In this document: positions 47,871-58,983 of the stretch, in pieces | Numbering within the stretch: the stretch's first letter is position 1 | Layout of the letters: each line of letters starts with the position of its first letter | Origin: an uncultured Spirochaetota bacterium | GTDB lineage: Bacteria > Spirochaetota > UBA4802 > UBA5550 | Length of the DNA: 64,000 bases | Reading direction: 5' to 3' | Assembly: GCA_963727175.1 (NCBI GenBank) | Contig: CAVSFD010000002.1 | Location: forward strand, 856,782 to 920,781 | Program-made: the position numbers and the translations under genes | Notes under the pieces: generated by a model | The model's input: only the letters and a program-made list of their open reading frames with translations | Told to the model about the DNA's origin: nothing | Databases searched by the model: none

Positions 47871-49217
47871 TCAGTAAGGATAAAATATGAAAAACGCCAG
47901 GGAAAACAGGAAGAGCACCCACATTCCCGCGTTCACCTCGCGGATTTTACCTGCAAAGAGCTTAATGACCGGGTACGATACGAAGCCGGCGGTCATGCCG
48001 ATTCCCAGGTTGTAGGTAAAGCACATCAGGGTGATCGTGATGAAGGCCGGGAAGAGCTCCGACAGTTCCTCAAAGTTGATGCTCGTCACCGGGGATATCA
48101 TGAGCATCCCCACGATGATCAGGGCCGGCCCGTAGGCGAAGGAAGGGATCACCGAAAAAAGAGGCGCAAAGAACAGGGCCGAGAGCATCAGGAGCGACGT
48201 GACAACCGAGGCAAAGCCCGATTTGGCCCCCTCCTCTATGCCTGCGGCAGACTCGATGTATGCCCCGGTGGTGGTGGTACCAAGAAGCGCTGCCGCGGTC
48301 GTTGCAAGGGCGTCGCAGAGCATCGGCTTTTCAATCTCCGGGAGCTCGCCTTTCCCGTCCAGCAGCTTCGCCCGGTATGACAGGCCGATAAGGGTGCCCA
48401 TGGTATCAACGAAATCCATCACAAACACCGTTAATATGACTGAGAAGAATCCCCAGCTCAGGGCGCCCAGGATGTCAAGCTGGAGAAATACCGGCCCCAG
48501 GCTCGGGGGGAGACTAACCAGGGCATCGGGGACCTGGACCAGCTGCTTTCCCTCAGGGAGCATGCCCGGCGCGAGCCACTGCAGCAGGAGGGCGATGCCG
48601 GTGATCCCCATGATGCCGATGAGCATCGATCCCTTTATTTTCCTGATCATCAGGAAGGCGATGACCAGGACCGTGACGATGGCGAGGAGCGGCGCCGGGT
48701 GCGAAAGCTTGCCGATGTTCACCGGCGCGCCGGGCACGCCGATGGAAACGATGCCCGATTCGTTGAGGCCGATGAAGGTGAGGAAAAGCCCGATTCCCAC
48801 GGCAAAGGCTATTTTCAGATTCATGGGGATCAGGTTCGCCAGCCAGGAGCGGATCCTGAAGAGGGTCAGGGCAGTGAAGAGGATGCCCCCGATGAAGATG
48901 GCCCCCAGGGCCGTCTGCCATGAAAAGCCCATCACCTTGACCACGGTAAAGGCGATGAAGGCGTTCTGCCCCATGTAAGGGGCCACTGCAAAGGGCCGCT
49001 TTGCGTAGAGTCCCATCAGCATGGTGCCGAAAAAGGCCGAGATGATGGTGGCCACCATGGAGGGCCCGAAGGGGATGCCGGCAGCTTCAAGAATTTTCGG
49101 GTTTACGATGATGATATAGGCCATGGTGATGAACGTGGTCAGGCCGCCCATTATTTCATGCCTGAAATCGGTGTTGAGTTCTTCGAATTTGAAATAACGT
49201 TTGATCATCCGGATCAT
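47871..49217 (-). CDS. NCS2/AzgA-family purine (adenine/guanine/hypoxanthine) permease
   Basis: EIMGGLTTFITMAYIIIVNPKIL N-terminal signature of AzgA/PbuG-type permeases. 448 aa, 12+ TM. Confidence 0.75.
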   Translation of the reverse strand: MIRMIKRYFKFEELNTDFRHEIMGGLTTFITMAYIIIVNPKILEAAGIPFGPSMVATIISAFFGTMLMGLYAKRPFAVAPYMGQNAFIAFTVVKVMGFSWQTALGAIFIGGILFTALTLFRIRSWLANLIPMNLKIAFAVGIGLFLTFIGLNESGIVSIGVPGAPVNIGKLSHPAPLLAIVTVLVIAFLMIRKIKGSMLIGIMGITGIALLLQWLAPGMLPEGKQLVQVPDALVSLPPSLGPVFLQLDILGALSWGFFSVILTVFVMDFVDTMGTLIGLSYRAKLLDGKGELPEIEKPMLCDALATTAAALLGTTTTGAYIESAAGIEEGAKSGFASVVTSLLMLSALFFAPLFSVIPSFAYGPALIIVGMLMISPVTSINFEELSELFPAFITITLMCFTYNLGIGMTAGFVSYPVIKLFAGKIREVNAGMWVLFLFSLAFFIFYPY

Positions 49218-49489
49218 GGCGGGTCTCCTGAGCTGGGATGATTATGAATGCATCCGGTGAAATAAATTGTCAATGATTATTAGGGGTGTAATGTAACTTC
49301 CAAAAAATTAGTAATTATAGTAAAGCGGGGTCAGGGGTTATCCTGCTCGTCCGCCTCGCAATAAAACATAAACCTGAATTATTACGCGTCAGAAAAAAGC
49401 CTCGCTGCGCGGAACATATTCAGATCGACCATAGCCGCCCGTGACGGATTGATGCTGGAAATCTGAATGATGACAGCGGGTCATCCTGA

Positions 49490-49525
49490 TAAAAAAAACG
49501 GCCCCCGGATCATCCGGGAGCCGCA
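49490..49525 (-). terminator. rho-independent terminator of the porin gene
   Basis: On the minus strand: GCGGCTCCCGGAtgaTCCGGGGGCCG followed by TTTTTTTT. Confidence 0.7.
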
Positions 49526-49550
49526 GTATCGCCTGCCAACAATAAGGTTT

Positions 49551-50576
49551 TCAAATAGCACAGGACACGCCGACCCTTGCATAGAGGCGGTGTATCTCGG
49601 CGCCGTTATACCAGGTTTTGGCAGGAACGATGCACCAGTAGAACCCGCCACTGAGGGAAACCGGCCCCTTGGTATAGGAGAGGGTGAGACTCGGCGTGAT
49701 GTCGCTGAAGCCCTTCTTGATGGGCGTATGCACCTGCTTCACCCCGCCGGAGGTGATGGTCCGTGTCTCGCCGCTGTAGGAGAGACTTTCCGTTGTGTCA
49801 GGCGCTCCGGTAGCAGGGTCCACCATCAGGTTGTACCGGGTGGATTTTGCCGTGTAATTGTAATAGTATCCCACCGTCAGACCCGGCGTAAGAACAACCC
49901 CTGTGGTCAGTTCGAAGGGGTGGTTCAGCCCCAGCTGCACGTAAAAATCCCCACCCTTCTTGAGCCCGGTATAGTAATCATAGGTTGCAGACAGTGTCGG
50001 GTTGATATAGGGCACGATGGGGAGCCCGATCCAAATCGATGTCGTTATAAAACTGATATCGACATGGGACACCAGGTTGACACCGTCAACCAGCGGACGG
50101 GCGTATTCCGTGGAGTGACGGGAGTTAAAGTACCACCAGTACCATACGCCTGCGCCGATGGTCACCGCGTCCTTGAAGGTATAGGAGTAATCGATGCCGA
50201 AGTCAAGGCTCTGGGTGGCATAGGCGACGTGGTTGAAATTCAGCTGCTTCCTCGCCAGGTTTCCAGACTGGTCCACGGTATAATCGTATTTGCCAGGCTT
50301 TTCCGACCAACCGTTGAAGACCCAGCTTGACGATATCTCCATCGCCGTTGAAATCACCAGGCCGGTATTGAAAATATTCCACGAGATTTTCGGCACGAAG
50401 GCGCCGTCCCCGTTGAAAAACCTCGTGCCTCGCCAGAGGTAGTAGCTGTAGTAATCAAGGCCGGTTGAAAAACCCACCGGCTCGCTTTTTTTCTCCATAC
50501 CGTCCTTCTTCTCCTGCGCCAGCGCGGCACCGGAAAGAATGGAAATCATCATTGCCATGCTAATAAGCTTTTTCAT
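49551..50576 (-). CDS. outer-membrane beta-barrel (porin-like) protein
   Basis: Signal peptide (MKKLISMAMMISILSGAALA), alternating aromatic/small residues in the beta-strands, a Tyr/Trp-rich sequence and a C-terminal aromatic-rich strand. Confidence 0.55.
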   Translation of the reverse strand: MKKLISMAMMISILSGAALAQEKKDGMEKKSEPVGFSTGLDYYSYYLWRGTRFFNGDGAFVPKISWNIFNTGLVISTAMEISSSWVFNGWSEKPGKYDYTVDQSGNLARKQLNFNHVAYATQSLDFGIDYSYTFKDAVTIGAGVWYWWYFNSRHSTEYARPLVDGVNLVSHVDISFITTSIWIGLPIVPYINPTLSATYDYYTGLKKGGDFYVQLGLNHPFELTTGVVLTPGLTVGYYYNYTAKSTRYNLMVDPATGAPDTTESLSYSGETRTITSGGVKQVHTPIKKGFSDITPSLTLSYTKGPVSLSGGFYWCIVPAKTWYNGAEIHRLYARVGVSCAI

Positions 50577-50675
50577 AACTATTCTCCTTTTATACATTAT
50601 AATCTATTTTAATCGACGGTGATGCGCCGGCCCCGGATTCCTCGTGCAACCGCGGCCGGCGTTTCAGCGCATCTA

Positions 50676-51016
50676 TTACCCAATTGCTTCGCTGCCGGTT
50701 TCACCGGTCCGGACCCTGATGCACTCCTCGAGGGGTACGACAAAGATCTTCCCGTCTCCAATGCTCCCGGTCCTGGCGCCCTTGACTATGGCCTCGACCG
50801 CTGGTTTCACGAAGGAATCGTTGACCGCAATCTCGAACCGCACCTGTCAAGGAGGTTCACTTCGGTTTCTGCGCCCCGGTATGTCTCGGTATACCCTCCC
50901 TGGGAGCCGCACCCGATGACATTGGATACGGTCATCTTGCCTACGCTCGCCTCGGCGAGGGCCTGCTTTACATCGGTCAGCTTTTCCGGCTGGACCACTG
51001 CTATTATAAGTTTCAT
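50676..51016 (-). pseudogene. glnK: nitrogen regulatory protein P-II (GlnB/GlnK) with an apparent 1-bp deletion near 50845
   Basis: [56 protein letters not shown] in one frame, then [55 protein letters not shown] in the -1 frame. The junction is a GG run where GGG is expected. Confidence 0.75.
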
Positions 51017-51068
51017 TGCATTATCTCCTTTAATGAATATTCTATACCTGCCTGCCAGCGGCCGGCAC

Positions 51069-52493
51069 TACTTGGTCAGGAACCCCTGAAAATCAGGATA
51101 TGCCTTCATGCCGTGCTCACCGAGATCCCAGGCCCTGTATCTCCTCTTCGCGGGAAACCTTGATTCCCATGACAAGTTTAATGAGGAACCATACCGCGAA
51201 GGCCACGACGAAGGTGAAAGCGCCCACGGCCGCAACGCCGATGGCCTGGGCCGCGAGGAGCTTCACGCCGCCGCCGAAGAAGAGGCCGTTGCCCGTGGCG
51301 GTGCCGGTGATCTTGTCCTGGGCGAAGAGTCCCACGGCAAGGGTGCCGAATATTCCGTTTACCAGGTGCACCGACAGGGCGCCCACCGGGTCATCGAGTT
51401 TGAGTTTGTCAAACATGATAACCGCGAGGACGACCAGCACCCCGGCAATAAGGCCGATGACTGCCGCCGAGGTGACACTTACAAAAGCGCATGGCGCTGT
51501 GATGGCTACCAGGCCCGCCAGGGCGCCGTTGATGATCATGGAGAGATCAGGCTTCTTCTGCAGGGCCCATGAAACGATGGTGGAGCTTACTATTGCCGTG
51601 GCGGCCGCCGTGTTGGTAGTGACTGCCACGTGGGCTATAGCGCTGCCGTCGCCGACACTCATGGTGGATCCCGGGTTAAAGCCGAACCATCCGAACCAGA
51701 GCACCAGGCCCCCCAGGGTCACCATCGACATGTTGTGACCGAAGATGGGGTTCACGGAGCCGTCAGCGCGGTATTTCCCGAAACGCGGTCCAGAAGGATC
51801 ACGCCGGCCAGGGCCGCCCAGCCGCCCACTGAATGGACCACGGAGGAGCCGGCGAAGTCAAACATGCCCAGACTTGCAGCCAGCCGCCGCCCCAGATCCA
51901 ATGTCCGGTGATAGGGTACATAAGAGCGACCAGAATGAAAGAAAAGACGATGAATGATTTGAACTTGATCCGTTCCGCCACGGCACCGGAAACAATGGTC
52001 GCCGCGGTTCCGGCGAAGACCAGCTGGAAGAAGAACTTCGCCCAGTGGGGTACGCCGGTCCAGTTGAGGGCTTTGTAAGCTCCCTGGTACGCGTCGCCCA
52101 TCGCCGGGCTGTTGTCCGCGGCCGGCGGCGAAGAAGGCCCTTCCAGGCCCATGTAGGGGCTGCCGTTTCCGAACATGAGGCCCCAGCCGATCAGCCAGAA
52201 GGAAAGTGACGAGATGGCAAAGACGATGAAGTTCTTCGCCAGGATGTTCACCGTGTTCTTGGCCCGGCACAGCCCGGATTCCACCATGGCGAACCCCAGG
52301 TTCATGAAAAAAACCAGAAACCCCGTAAAGAGCACCCAGGCGGTATCGACGCCCACCTGCATTGATTTCTTGAATGCCTCCAGCGCATCCGGCGTGACGG
52401 CCACGGCAGGCGCGGATTTCAGCGCCGAAAACCTGGTCCTTCCACGGCACGGATGATCAGCGCCAGCGATACTGTTGTGAAAACCTTACTCAT
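51069..52493 (-). pseudogene. amt: ammonium transporter (Amt) interrupted by four apparent single-base indels
   Basis: Amt segments occur in three frames: DTAWVLFTGFLVFFMNLGFAMVESG...GHWIWGGGW | LGMFDFAGSSVVHSVGGWAALAGVILL | GPRFGKYRADGSVNPIFGHNMSMVTLGGLVLWFGWFGFNPGS...EEEIQGL | DLGEHGMKAY. Indels lie near 52440, 51895, 51790 and 51121; three are in G/C runs and the one near 52440 appears to be a T-run change. Confidence 0.75.
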
Positions 52494-52829
52494 ATGTCCT
52501 CCAAAAAACTATTGATAGAGTATCTGAACTATCCATTGAAAATCCGCAATGTCGCGGTCCGCCGGAAATTCACACATGCCAGTATATAAGACGAGCGTGC
52601 CAATGCAAAGGAATGCTGGCGGTGAATGAGCTTACGCGCTCTAGTTAACATGGTTGTAATAGAACAGGATCAAATGTATAAAATCCGTTCATGATGAGTT
52701 GCTGGATGTACATTGCTATTCCCGCGGGAGCAGGCCAGGGAGCAGGAGTTAAAAATAAAAACTACGATTTAATGTCAGATTGTAATTTGTGAAGCTACAA
52801 AAATGTAGCTTCACGTCGAGTGGGCAGTG

Positions 52830-54377
52830 TCACTTGAAGAGTTTCAGGTCGATGGCGAATTTTTCAACGCGGAGGCCCATGATCCGTTCGGTGATACCCA
52901 GGGTACGGGCCGCCCCTGCCATGTTGCCGCGGGAGCGTTTCAATTCCTCAATGATTAATTCTTTTTCTATGCTGGCGATCATATCCTTCAGCGTCCCGCC
53001 TTCACTCGGGTCAGCTGCGCCGGCCGTCTGAAGGCTCGGGGGAAGATGGTAGGAGTGGATGACGCCGTCGGTGCTCAGTATCACCGCGCGCTCGATGCAG
53101 TTTTCAAGCTCCCGGACATTGCCGGGCCAGTGGTACGACATCAGCATGTCAATGGCCGGTGTTGAGATGCGGGTCATGGTTTTGCCATGGTGTGCGGCAT
53201 ATCGCTCGACGAAGAGGTCGGCGAGGAGCATAATGTCGGACTTGCGCTCCCGCAGGGGCGGCACTATGATCGGGAACACGTTAAGGCGGTAGTAGAGGTC
53301 CTCCCTGAATTTACCTTCCTGCACCAGGGACTCCAGGTCCCGGTTCGTTGCGACGATGATCCGGACGTCCACGGTAATGGTCGCCGTGCCGCCTATCCGC
53401 TCAAAGGCCCGCTCCTGGATCACCCGGAGCAGTTTTATCTGCATCAGATAGGGAAGATCACCCATCTCGTCGAGGAACAGGGTTCCGCCGTCGGCAAGCT
53501 CGAAGCGGCCCTTCCTGGCTGCGACCGCGCCGGTAAAGGCGCCCCGCTCATACCCGAAAAGCTCGCTTTCTATGAGGGACTCGGGAAGTGCCGCGCAATT
53601 CACCGCCACGAACGGCCGGTCGGCACGATTGGAACCGTAGTGGAGGGCCTGCGCCACCTTTTCCTTCCCCACGCCGCTTTCGCCGAGAATCATCACGGTT
53701 GTTCCCGTGTTGCGAACCCGCTCGATGAGCGAATACACCTCCAGCATGGCACGTGAATTGCCGATTATCGAATCCGGCCGGTTTGCGGTTTTTAACTCAT
53801 CATGGAGCCGGCGGTTTTCCTCCCGGAGCTTCTCAAGCTCCTCCTGGGCGAGCTGCCGCAGGCGCACGGCCTGGGCGACCACGGAGGATATGATCGTGAG
53901 GAGCCGGACATCCTCCTCCAGCGATATGGTTTCGTTGAACAGCCGGTCGACGGAAAGAGCGCCGATCACCTCGCTGCCGGTCTTTATCGGGACGCAGATG
54001 AAGGCAATATCCTGCTTGTCGATCTGTTTCCGCGATCCGGTCCGGTCAAGAAACAGCGGCTCGTCCGATATGCGCGGGACGACCGCCGGCTGGCCTGTCT
54101 CAACCACCCTGCCCGTGACGCCCTCGCCAACGCTGTAACGCCCCTTCTGCCGCTCATCGGGCGAAAGGCCGAACGCCTCTTCTATGACAATTTCGCCTGT
54201 CTTCCTGTTGAGTATAGTGAAGGTGCCGCGCAGCATTTCCATGCGTTCCGCCATCATCGCGAGCACGTGATCCAGGACAGTGCGCAGATCGAGGGTTCCG
54301 TTCAGGGCGCTGCTGATTTCATACAGAAGCGTCAGTTCACGCACTTCTCGTGATTCACTTTTTTCGTCATGAATCAA
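52830..54377 (-). CDS. GAF-domain sigma-54-dependent transcriptional activator (NifA/Fis-family)
   Basis: N-terminal GAF, central sigma-54 interaction domain ([14 protein letters not shown], the [15 protein letters not shown] block) and a C-terminal Fis-type HTH ([13 protein letters not shown]). Confidence 0.85.
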   Translation of the reverse strand: MIHDEKSESREVRELTLLYEISSALNGTLDLRTVLDHVLAMMAERMEMLRGTFTILNRKTGEIVIEEAFGLSPDERQKGRYSVGEGVTGRVVETGQPAVVPRISDEPLFLDRTGSRKQIDKQDIAFICVPIKTGSEVIGALSVDRLFNETISLEEDVRLLTIISSVVAQAVRLRQLAQEELEKLREENRRLHDELKTANRPDSIIGNSRAMLEVYSLIERVRNTGTTVMILGESGVGKEKVAQALHYGSNRADRPFVAVNCAALPESLIESELFGYERGAFTGAVAARKGRFELADGGTLFLDEMGDLPYLMQIKLLRVIQERAFERIGGTATITVDVRIIVATNRDLESLVQEGKFREDLYYRLNVFPIIVPPLRERKSDIMLLADLFVERYAAHHGKTMTRISTPAIDMLMSYHWPGNVRELENCIERAVILSTDGVIHSYHLPPSLQTAGAADPSEGGTLKDMIASIEKELIIEELKRSRGNMAGAARTLGITERIMGLRVEKFAIDLKLFK

Positions 54378-54587
54378 TACCGGCCACTCCTTTGTAAGCC
54401 CCGTGTATTACTGACACGGTCACTTAATTGAAACCGTCTATTTACTACACTGCAATATACCAATAACACGGCAGAAGCGTCTTTCCTATTTTGCATTTAA
54501 TAAAACAATTTTACCTTATTGAAACATTAGAAGTATTACGAAAAAGTAATTGCATTAATGACAATTCATGATTATCTTTAGTCATAT

Positions 54588-55874
54588 TTGACTATCACGA
54601 TGGCGGCACCGATGCACGATAAAGCAATCAAACTGAATGACATCATCAAGCTCAGCGCGGAGCTCAATACGGTGCAGGACCTGGACATACTGCTGGACAG
54701 GATCCTTACCGAGGCGCGGAAGATCCTGAACGCCGACGCGGGATCGATCCAGATCAAGGAAGGGGACGAACTGGTCTTCACCAGCCACGTGCAGACAGCC
54801 TCCCTCGAGCGCAAACTCAAGCCGGGGGAAAAGCTGATCTACACCACATTCAGAACAAAGATAAATAAAAGCTCCATATCCGGCTACGCAGCCCTCACCG
54901 GCGAGATCATAAATATACCGGACGCCTATAACATCCCTCGCAATGCGCCGTACAAGTTCGATCCCACCAACGACCAGAAATCGGGATACCGCACCAAGTC
55001 GATGCTCACCATCCCCCTGAAGAACAACCGGAACGATATACTGGGGATCATGCAGATCATCAATTCCCTGAGTCCGGATGATAAAAAAAATACTTTTGAT
55101 GAATGCGTCGAATTCTGCGGCTCCTTCGATTCCGCTGACGAGATGATAGCGCTCCACTTCGCCAACATGGCCAGCATCATTTTGCAGAGGGCCCAGTTGA
55201 CCCGGGCTCTCATCCTCAGAATGATCAACATGGCTGAACTCAGGGACCCGAAGGAGACCGGGGCTCATGTCAACCGTGTAGCATCCTATGCCGTCGAGAT
55301 ATACGAGCGCTGGGCCATGAGCAAACACATTACCCACGATGAGATCTTCAGGAAAAAAGACATTCTCCGGATGGCTGCCATGCTCCACGATGTCGGCAAG
55401 GTTGCGGTGTCGGACCTTATCCTAAAAAAACCGTCGAAATTCACCCCCGAGGAATTTGAGATCATGAAGACCCACTCCGTCCAGGGGGCACGTCTCTTTA
55501 AATACCGGCAGTCGGAATTCGACGAGGTGGCCGCGGTCGTGGCCCTCACCCATCATGAGAACTGGGACGGCACCGGCTATCCCGGGCTCATTGACGTGGA
55601 AACGGGAGAGGCGCTGGAAAAGGACGCAAAGGGAAACCCGCGGCCCCTGAAGGGAGAGGAGATACCCATTTTCGGCAGGATCGTCGCCCTGGCGGACGTC
55701 TTCGACGCGCTGTCGTCCAAGCGGGTCTACAAGGAGGCATGGGACCATGAGGCGGTGCTGAACGAGATCCGCCTCATGTCAGGGAAGAAGTTTGACCCGG
55801 AACTGGTAGGCATCTTCTTCGAAAGTATCGACGTTATCCGCAATATCATGGAGCGGTATCCGGACAGCGAATAA
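54588..55874 (+). CDS. GAF-domain HD-GYP phosphodiesterase
   Basis: N-terminal GAF, C-terminal HD domain with HDVGKVAV and the THHENWDGTGYPGL (HD-GYP) motifs. Confidence 0.8.
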   Translation: MTITMAAPMHDKAIKLNDIIKLSAELNTVQDLDILLDRILTEARKILNADAGSIQIKEGDELVFTSHVQTASLERKLKPGEKLIYTTFRTKINKSSISGYAALTGEIINIPDAYNIPRNAPYKFDPTNDQKSGYRTKSMLTIPLKNNRNDILGIMQIINSLSPDDKKNTFDECVEFCGSFDSADEMIALHFANMASIILQRAQLTRALILRMINMAELRDPKETGAHVNRVASYAVEIYERWAMSKHITHDEIFRKKDILRMAAMLHDVGKVAVSDLILKKPSKFTPEEFEIMKTHSVQGARLFKYRQSEFDEVAAVVALTHHENWDGTGYPGLIDVETGEALEKDAKGNPRPLKGEEIPIFGRIVALADVFDALSSKRVYKEAWDHEAVLNEIRLMSGKKFDPELVGIFFESIDVIRNIMERYPDSE

Positions 55875-55890
55875 CGGCGGCCGCAACCGG

Positions 55891-56925
55891 TCACCCCTTG
55901 AATACGGCGATGTTGTCCTTAATCCACTGCACCAGCATGCCGATACCCTCTTCCGGCATCACCTGGGGCTCCCACCCGAGATTTTTTTTCACCTTGGCAA
56001 TGTCGCAGATGAAATACCTGAGATCCCCGTGGCGGTCAGCATCAAACTTGACCTCCGGCATTTTGCCGTTGATCTTGCCCAGTATATCGATGCATTCGAG
56101 GAGGGATATGGCAGTCTTCATGCCGCCGCCGACGTTGTATATTCCCGGGACCCGCTTCTTGTAAAAGGCGTCAAAGGCCCGGCACACGTCCGTCGCGTAG
56201 ATGATGTCGCGAACCTGTTTGCCGTTGCCGTAAAAAACGCAGGGCCATCCCAAGACGCTGCGGATCGCAAAGTTAGCGACCCATCCATGGTCTTCGCCGC
56301 CGAACTGCCTGGTACCGTATATGCCGGTAAGACGGAAACTGGCCGCTTCAACCTTGTATGTGTCGATATAGGCCCGTGCATAAATGTCGCCTGCCGCCTT
56401 TGACGCGTGCAGCGGTGTCAGCACACCTTCAAGGGTTGGGTAGTTCTCGTCGATTTCTGCAGGTTTGCGGACGTACTTGTTCGATTTTTCCTTCAGGCTT
56501 TTATTGATTTCATTTCCGTACACGTGGATCGTGGCGCACATGGCAACGGGTATTTTCATGGCCCGCGCCGCTTCCAGGACATTGAATGTGCCCATCACGT
56601 TGGTGGTCGCATCAAGGCGGGGGTCCTCCCAGCTTATCGTCATGGCCGGCTGAGCGGCAGTATGGATAATGTAATCGCAGCCGGACGCATGGTCCATCAA
56701 CTCCTCGTAGTTCCGCACGTCAGCTTTCACGAGGTTTACACCAAGCGCCTTCAGGAAATTCCAGTTATGAACACGGGCCTCTTCTGCTGCAAAGCCGGTT
56801 CTGGCCAGTTCATGCTTGGTCATGTTGTCATAGGCCACAACCGTATCGCCCTGTTTGACGTAGTATTCGCATACATGTGAACCGAGAAATCCGCATCCGC
56901 CGGTTACTAGAACTTTTTTACTCAT
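55891..56925 (-). CDS. NAD-dependent sugar-nucleotide epimerase/dehydratase (SDR family)
   Basis: VLVTGGCGFLGSHV Rossmann motif, YDNMTKHEL and the YxxxK catalytic region. Start chosen at MSKKVLV; the ORF extends to 56970. Confidence 0.75.
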   Translation of the reverse strand: MSKKVLVTGGCGFLGSHVCEYYVKQGDTVVAYDNMTKHELARTGFAAEEARVHNWNFLKALGVNLVKADVRNYEELMDHASGCDYIIHTAAQPAMTISWEDPRLDATTNVMGTFNVLEAARAMKIPVAMCATIHVYGNEINKSLKEKSNKYVRKPAEIDENYPTLEGVLTPLHASKAAGDIYARAYIDTYKVEAASFRLTGIYGTRQFGGEDHGWVANFAIRSVLGWPCVFYGNGKQVRDIIYATDVCRAFDAFYKKRVPGIYNVGGGMKTAISLLECIDILGKINGKMPEVKFDADRHGDLRYFICDIAKVKKNLGWEPQVMPEEGIGMLVQWIKDNIAVFKG

Positions 56926-57342
56926 GACTAGTACCTTTAAAAAATAATATTTCGCCGCAGGCAACCGCAAAGAACAATTTCAGCAAACAAAAAAAGGTCA
57001 CGGTTTATATCGGCCGAAGATCACGATACTGATCGCCGCCTGAACAGTGGCCATATTGTTATCATAAATTCGGCAAGATAATAGTCAATAAGTTTTTATG
57101 CTGTATTAATCACTTCGGTCCCGGACTGGCTAAAAATATCTTGATTAATTATCGCAACTCAGTTGAATGGTATGCAGTAGAATACTGGAAAAATGCCGAT
57201 TGAATGCAGGGTTCCGCCTGAACCTTCTGCGCAGCAAGCATAAACAAAGCGGGACACGGGAAACCGTAATCCTGCATGCCGGGTTCAGCAGACCGCGGCG
57301 CGTTCATCTGCAAACACCATACATGACATTTGGAGAAACCTC

Positions 57343-58062
57343 ATGAAAGCATTACTCCTCGCCGGCGGTCGCGGTAAAAGACTGGATGATCTGTCCGCTG
57401 ATCGGAACAAATGCATGATACAAGTAAATGGACGGGCGGCCATCGAGTATAACCTTGACTGCGCGGTAAACGCCGGGGTTGATGAAATAGTAATCGTTGT
57501 AGGATACCGGGCTGAAGACATAATCAACTACCTCGGGAACCGTTACCATGACATCACCATCCGTTACGTGATCCAGAGAGAGCAGAAGGGACTGGTAAAC
57601 GCCATAGAATGCTCCCGCGAGACAATCGGCAAGAGCGACTTCATGCTCATGCTGGCGGATGAAATTATGCTGAATCCGCGCCACCATGCCATGATCAACG
57701 AATACAAGAAGTGTAACGCCTTCGCCATGTGCGGCATTCTTACTGTCGAAAACCGCAATCTCATTAAAAAAACATACACCCTAATCCAGGGTGATGACAG
57801 GAAAATCTACCGTCTCATAGAAAAGCCCCGTAATCCACTGAACGAATTCATGGGCACCGGCGACTGCATATTCAACAATAAAATTTTCGATTACATCGAA
57901 TACACGCCGATTCACCATGAGCGCAACGAAAAAGAGCTTCCCGACCTGATACAGTGCGCCATCGACGACGGCATGGATGTGCGGTCTTTCATGATCTGCG
58001 ACCGTTACGTCAACATTAACACCAGGGAAGACATCCTCATGGCGGAGGATTTCTTCAGGTGA
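57343..58062 (+). CDS. sugar-phosphate nucleotidyltransferase
   Basis: MKALLLAGGRGKRL N-terminal NTP_transferase signature. 239 aa. Confidence 0.75.
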   Translation: MKALLLAGGRGKRLDDLSADRNKCMIQVNGRAAIEYNLDCAVNAGVDEIVIVVGYRAEDIINYLGNRYHDITIRYVIQREQKGLVNAIECSRETIGKSDFMLMLADEIMLNPRHHAMINEYKKCNAFAMCGILTVENRNLIKKTYTLIQGDDRKIYRLIEKPRNPLNEFMGTGDCIFNNKIFDYIEYTPIHHERNEKELPDLIQCAIDDGMDVRSFMICDRYVNINTREDILMAEDFFR

Positions 58063-58330
58063 GGAAATCCGCAGCATGACAGGAGCCACCTCTGCGCTAT
58101 TATCAGCACTATCTTGAAAGTTTATTATTACAGGTTATTGAATATTCTCAGCCTGCGCGCTCATCTGGATGGTGACTACACTGATGGATGACCGGGACAT
58201 CCCGAAGGGCCTTCAATTGACGAAAAACCGATTCACCTATGTCGCCGATATTTCAAAGTCGGCGCAATTCAGTTTTCTTGGTATGACCTTTGTCAGGAAA
58301 TAGCCTCCCGTTCGCCCCGGCAATCCATTC

Positions 58331-58942
58331 CTAGTCCATCCTGAAGGCCAGCCACTCCGATCCGCCCTGGTCCCTCTTGAGCCTGATCTTCTCCATGGCT
58401 ATCAGCTCGGCGAGAACTGAAAGGATGCTGTTCCGTTCCCATCTCAGCCGCTCAACGGCATGCTTCACGAAGGTCTCCTTGTTCAGAAGGCACCACTGCC
58501 CCGACCCGTCCCGCTTGCCGCCCCGTGTCATGGCAGCGAGCACCTCGGCGTAGAGCCTCTGGACGCGGTCGTTCTTGGCGTACACCATCAGCATCTCGTC
58601 AGTCTCCCGGAGTCGGTCTGACAGGAGTTCGATGACGCTCACGGAGAATTCATGGTTTTTCTGCACCGTCTTGTCGAAGGATTCGCGGTCCATTTTTATG
58701 AGAACACAGTCCTCAACGGCCACGGCATTCGCCGAACGGGGCATGGAATTGATGACTGCCATCTCGCCGATAAACTCGCCCTCGCCCAGGATCCGGATCT
58801 TTTCGTCAAAGGTGCCAACACCCTTGCTGATCTGCACCTTTCCCTTGTGGATCATGTACATGAAGTCCGCCTCGTCGCCCTCGCGGAAAATAAAATCGCC
58901 TTTTTTGAAGTTAACCCCGTAGTATTTGACCAGTTTGCTCAT
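58331..58942 (-). CDS. cyclic-nucleotide-binding domain protein
   Basis: FREGDEADFMYMIHKGKVQI...GEGEFIGEMAV...RSANAVAVEDCVLI is a canonical cNMP-binding beta-barrel. No obvious DNA-binding HTH. Confidence 0.7.
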   Translation of the reverse strand: MSKLVKYYGVNFKKGDFIFREGDEADFMYMIHKGKVQISKGVGTFDEKIRILGEGEFIGEMAVINSMPRSANAVAVEDCVLIKMDRESFDKTVQKNHEFSVSVIELLSDRLRETDEMLMVYAKNDRVQRLYAEVLAAMTRGGKRDGSGQWCLLNKETFVKHAVERLRWERNSILSVLAELIAMEKIRLKRDQGGSEWLAFRMD

Positions 58943-58983
58943 ACGCGCCTCCATGAATTAATACGGCAGGGCAAAACCGCCGC

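Noticed and set aside
36853-52493. Treating the split livM, glnK, amt, TPM and UPF0371 genes as multiple independent real CDSs
   Set aside because: The fragments are collinear pieces of single conserved proteins in adjacent frames, separated by single-base homopolymer changes. They are one gene each, either frameshifted or mis-sequenced.
52494-52830. Sigma-54 (-24 GG / -12 GC) promoter for amt, driven by the adjacent NifA-like activator
   Set aside because: No convincing TGGCAC-N5-TTGCA match was found in the correct orientation upstream of amt. A TTTGCATTGGCAC string has the elements in reversed order.
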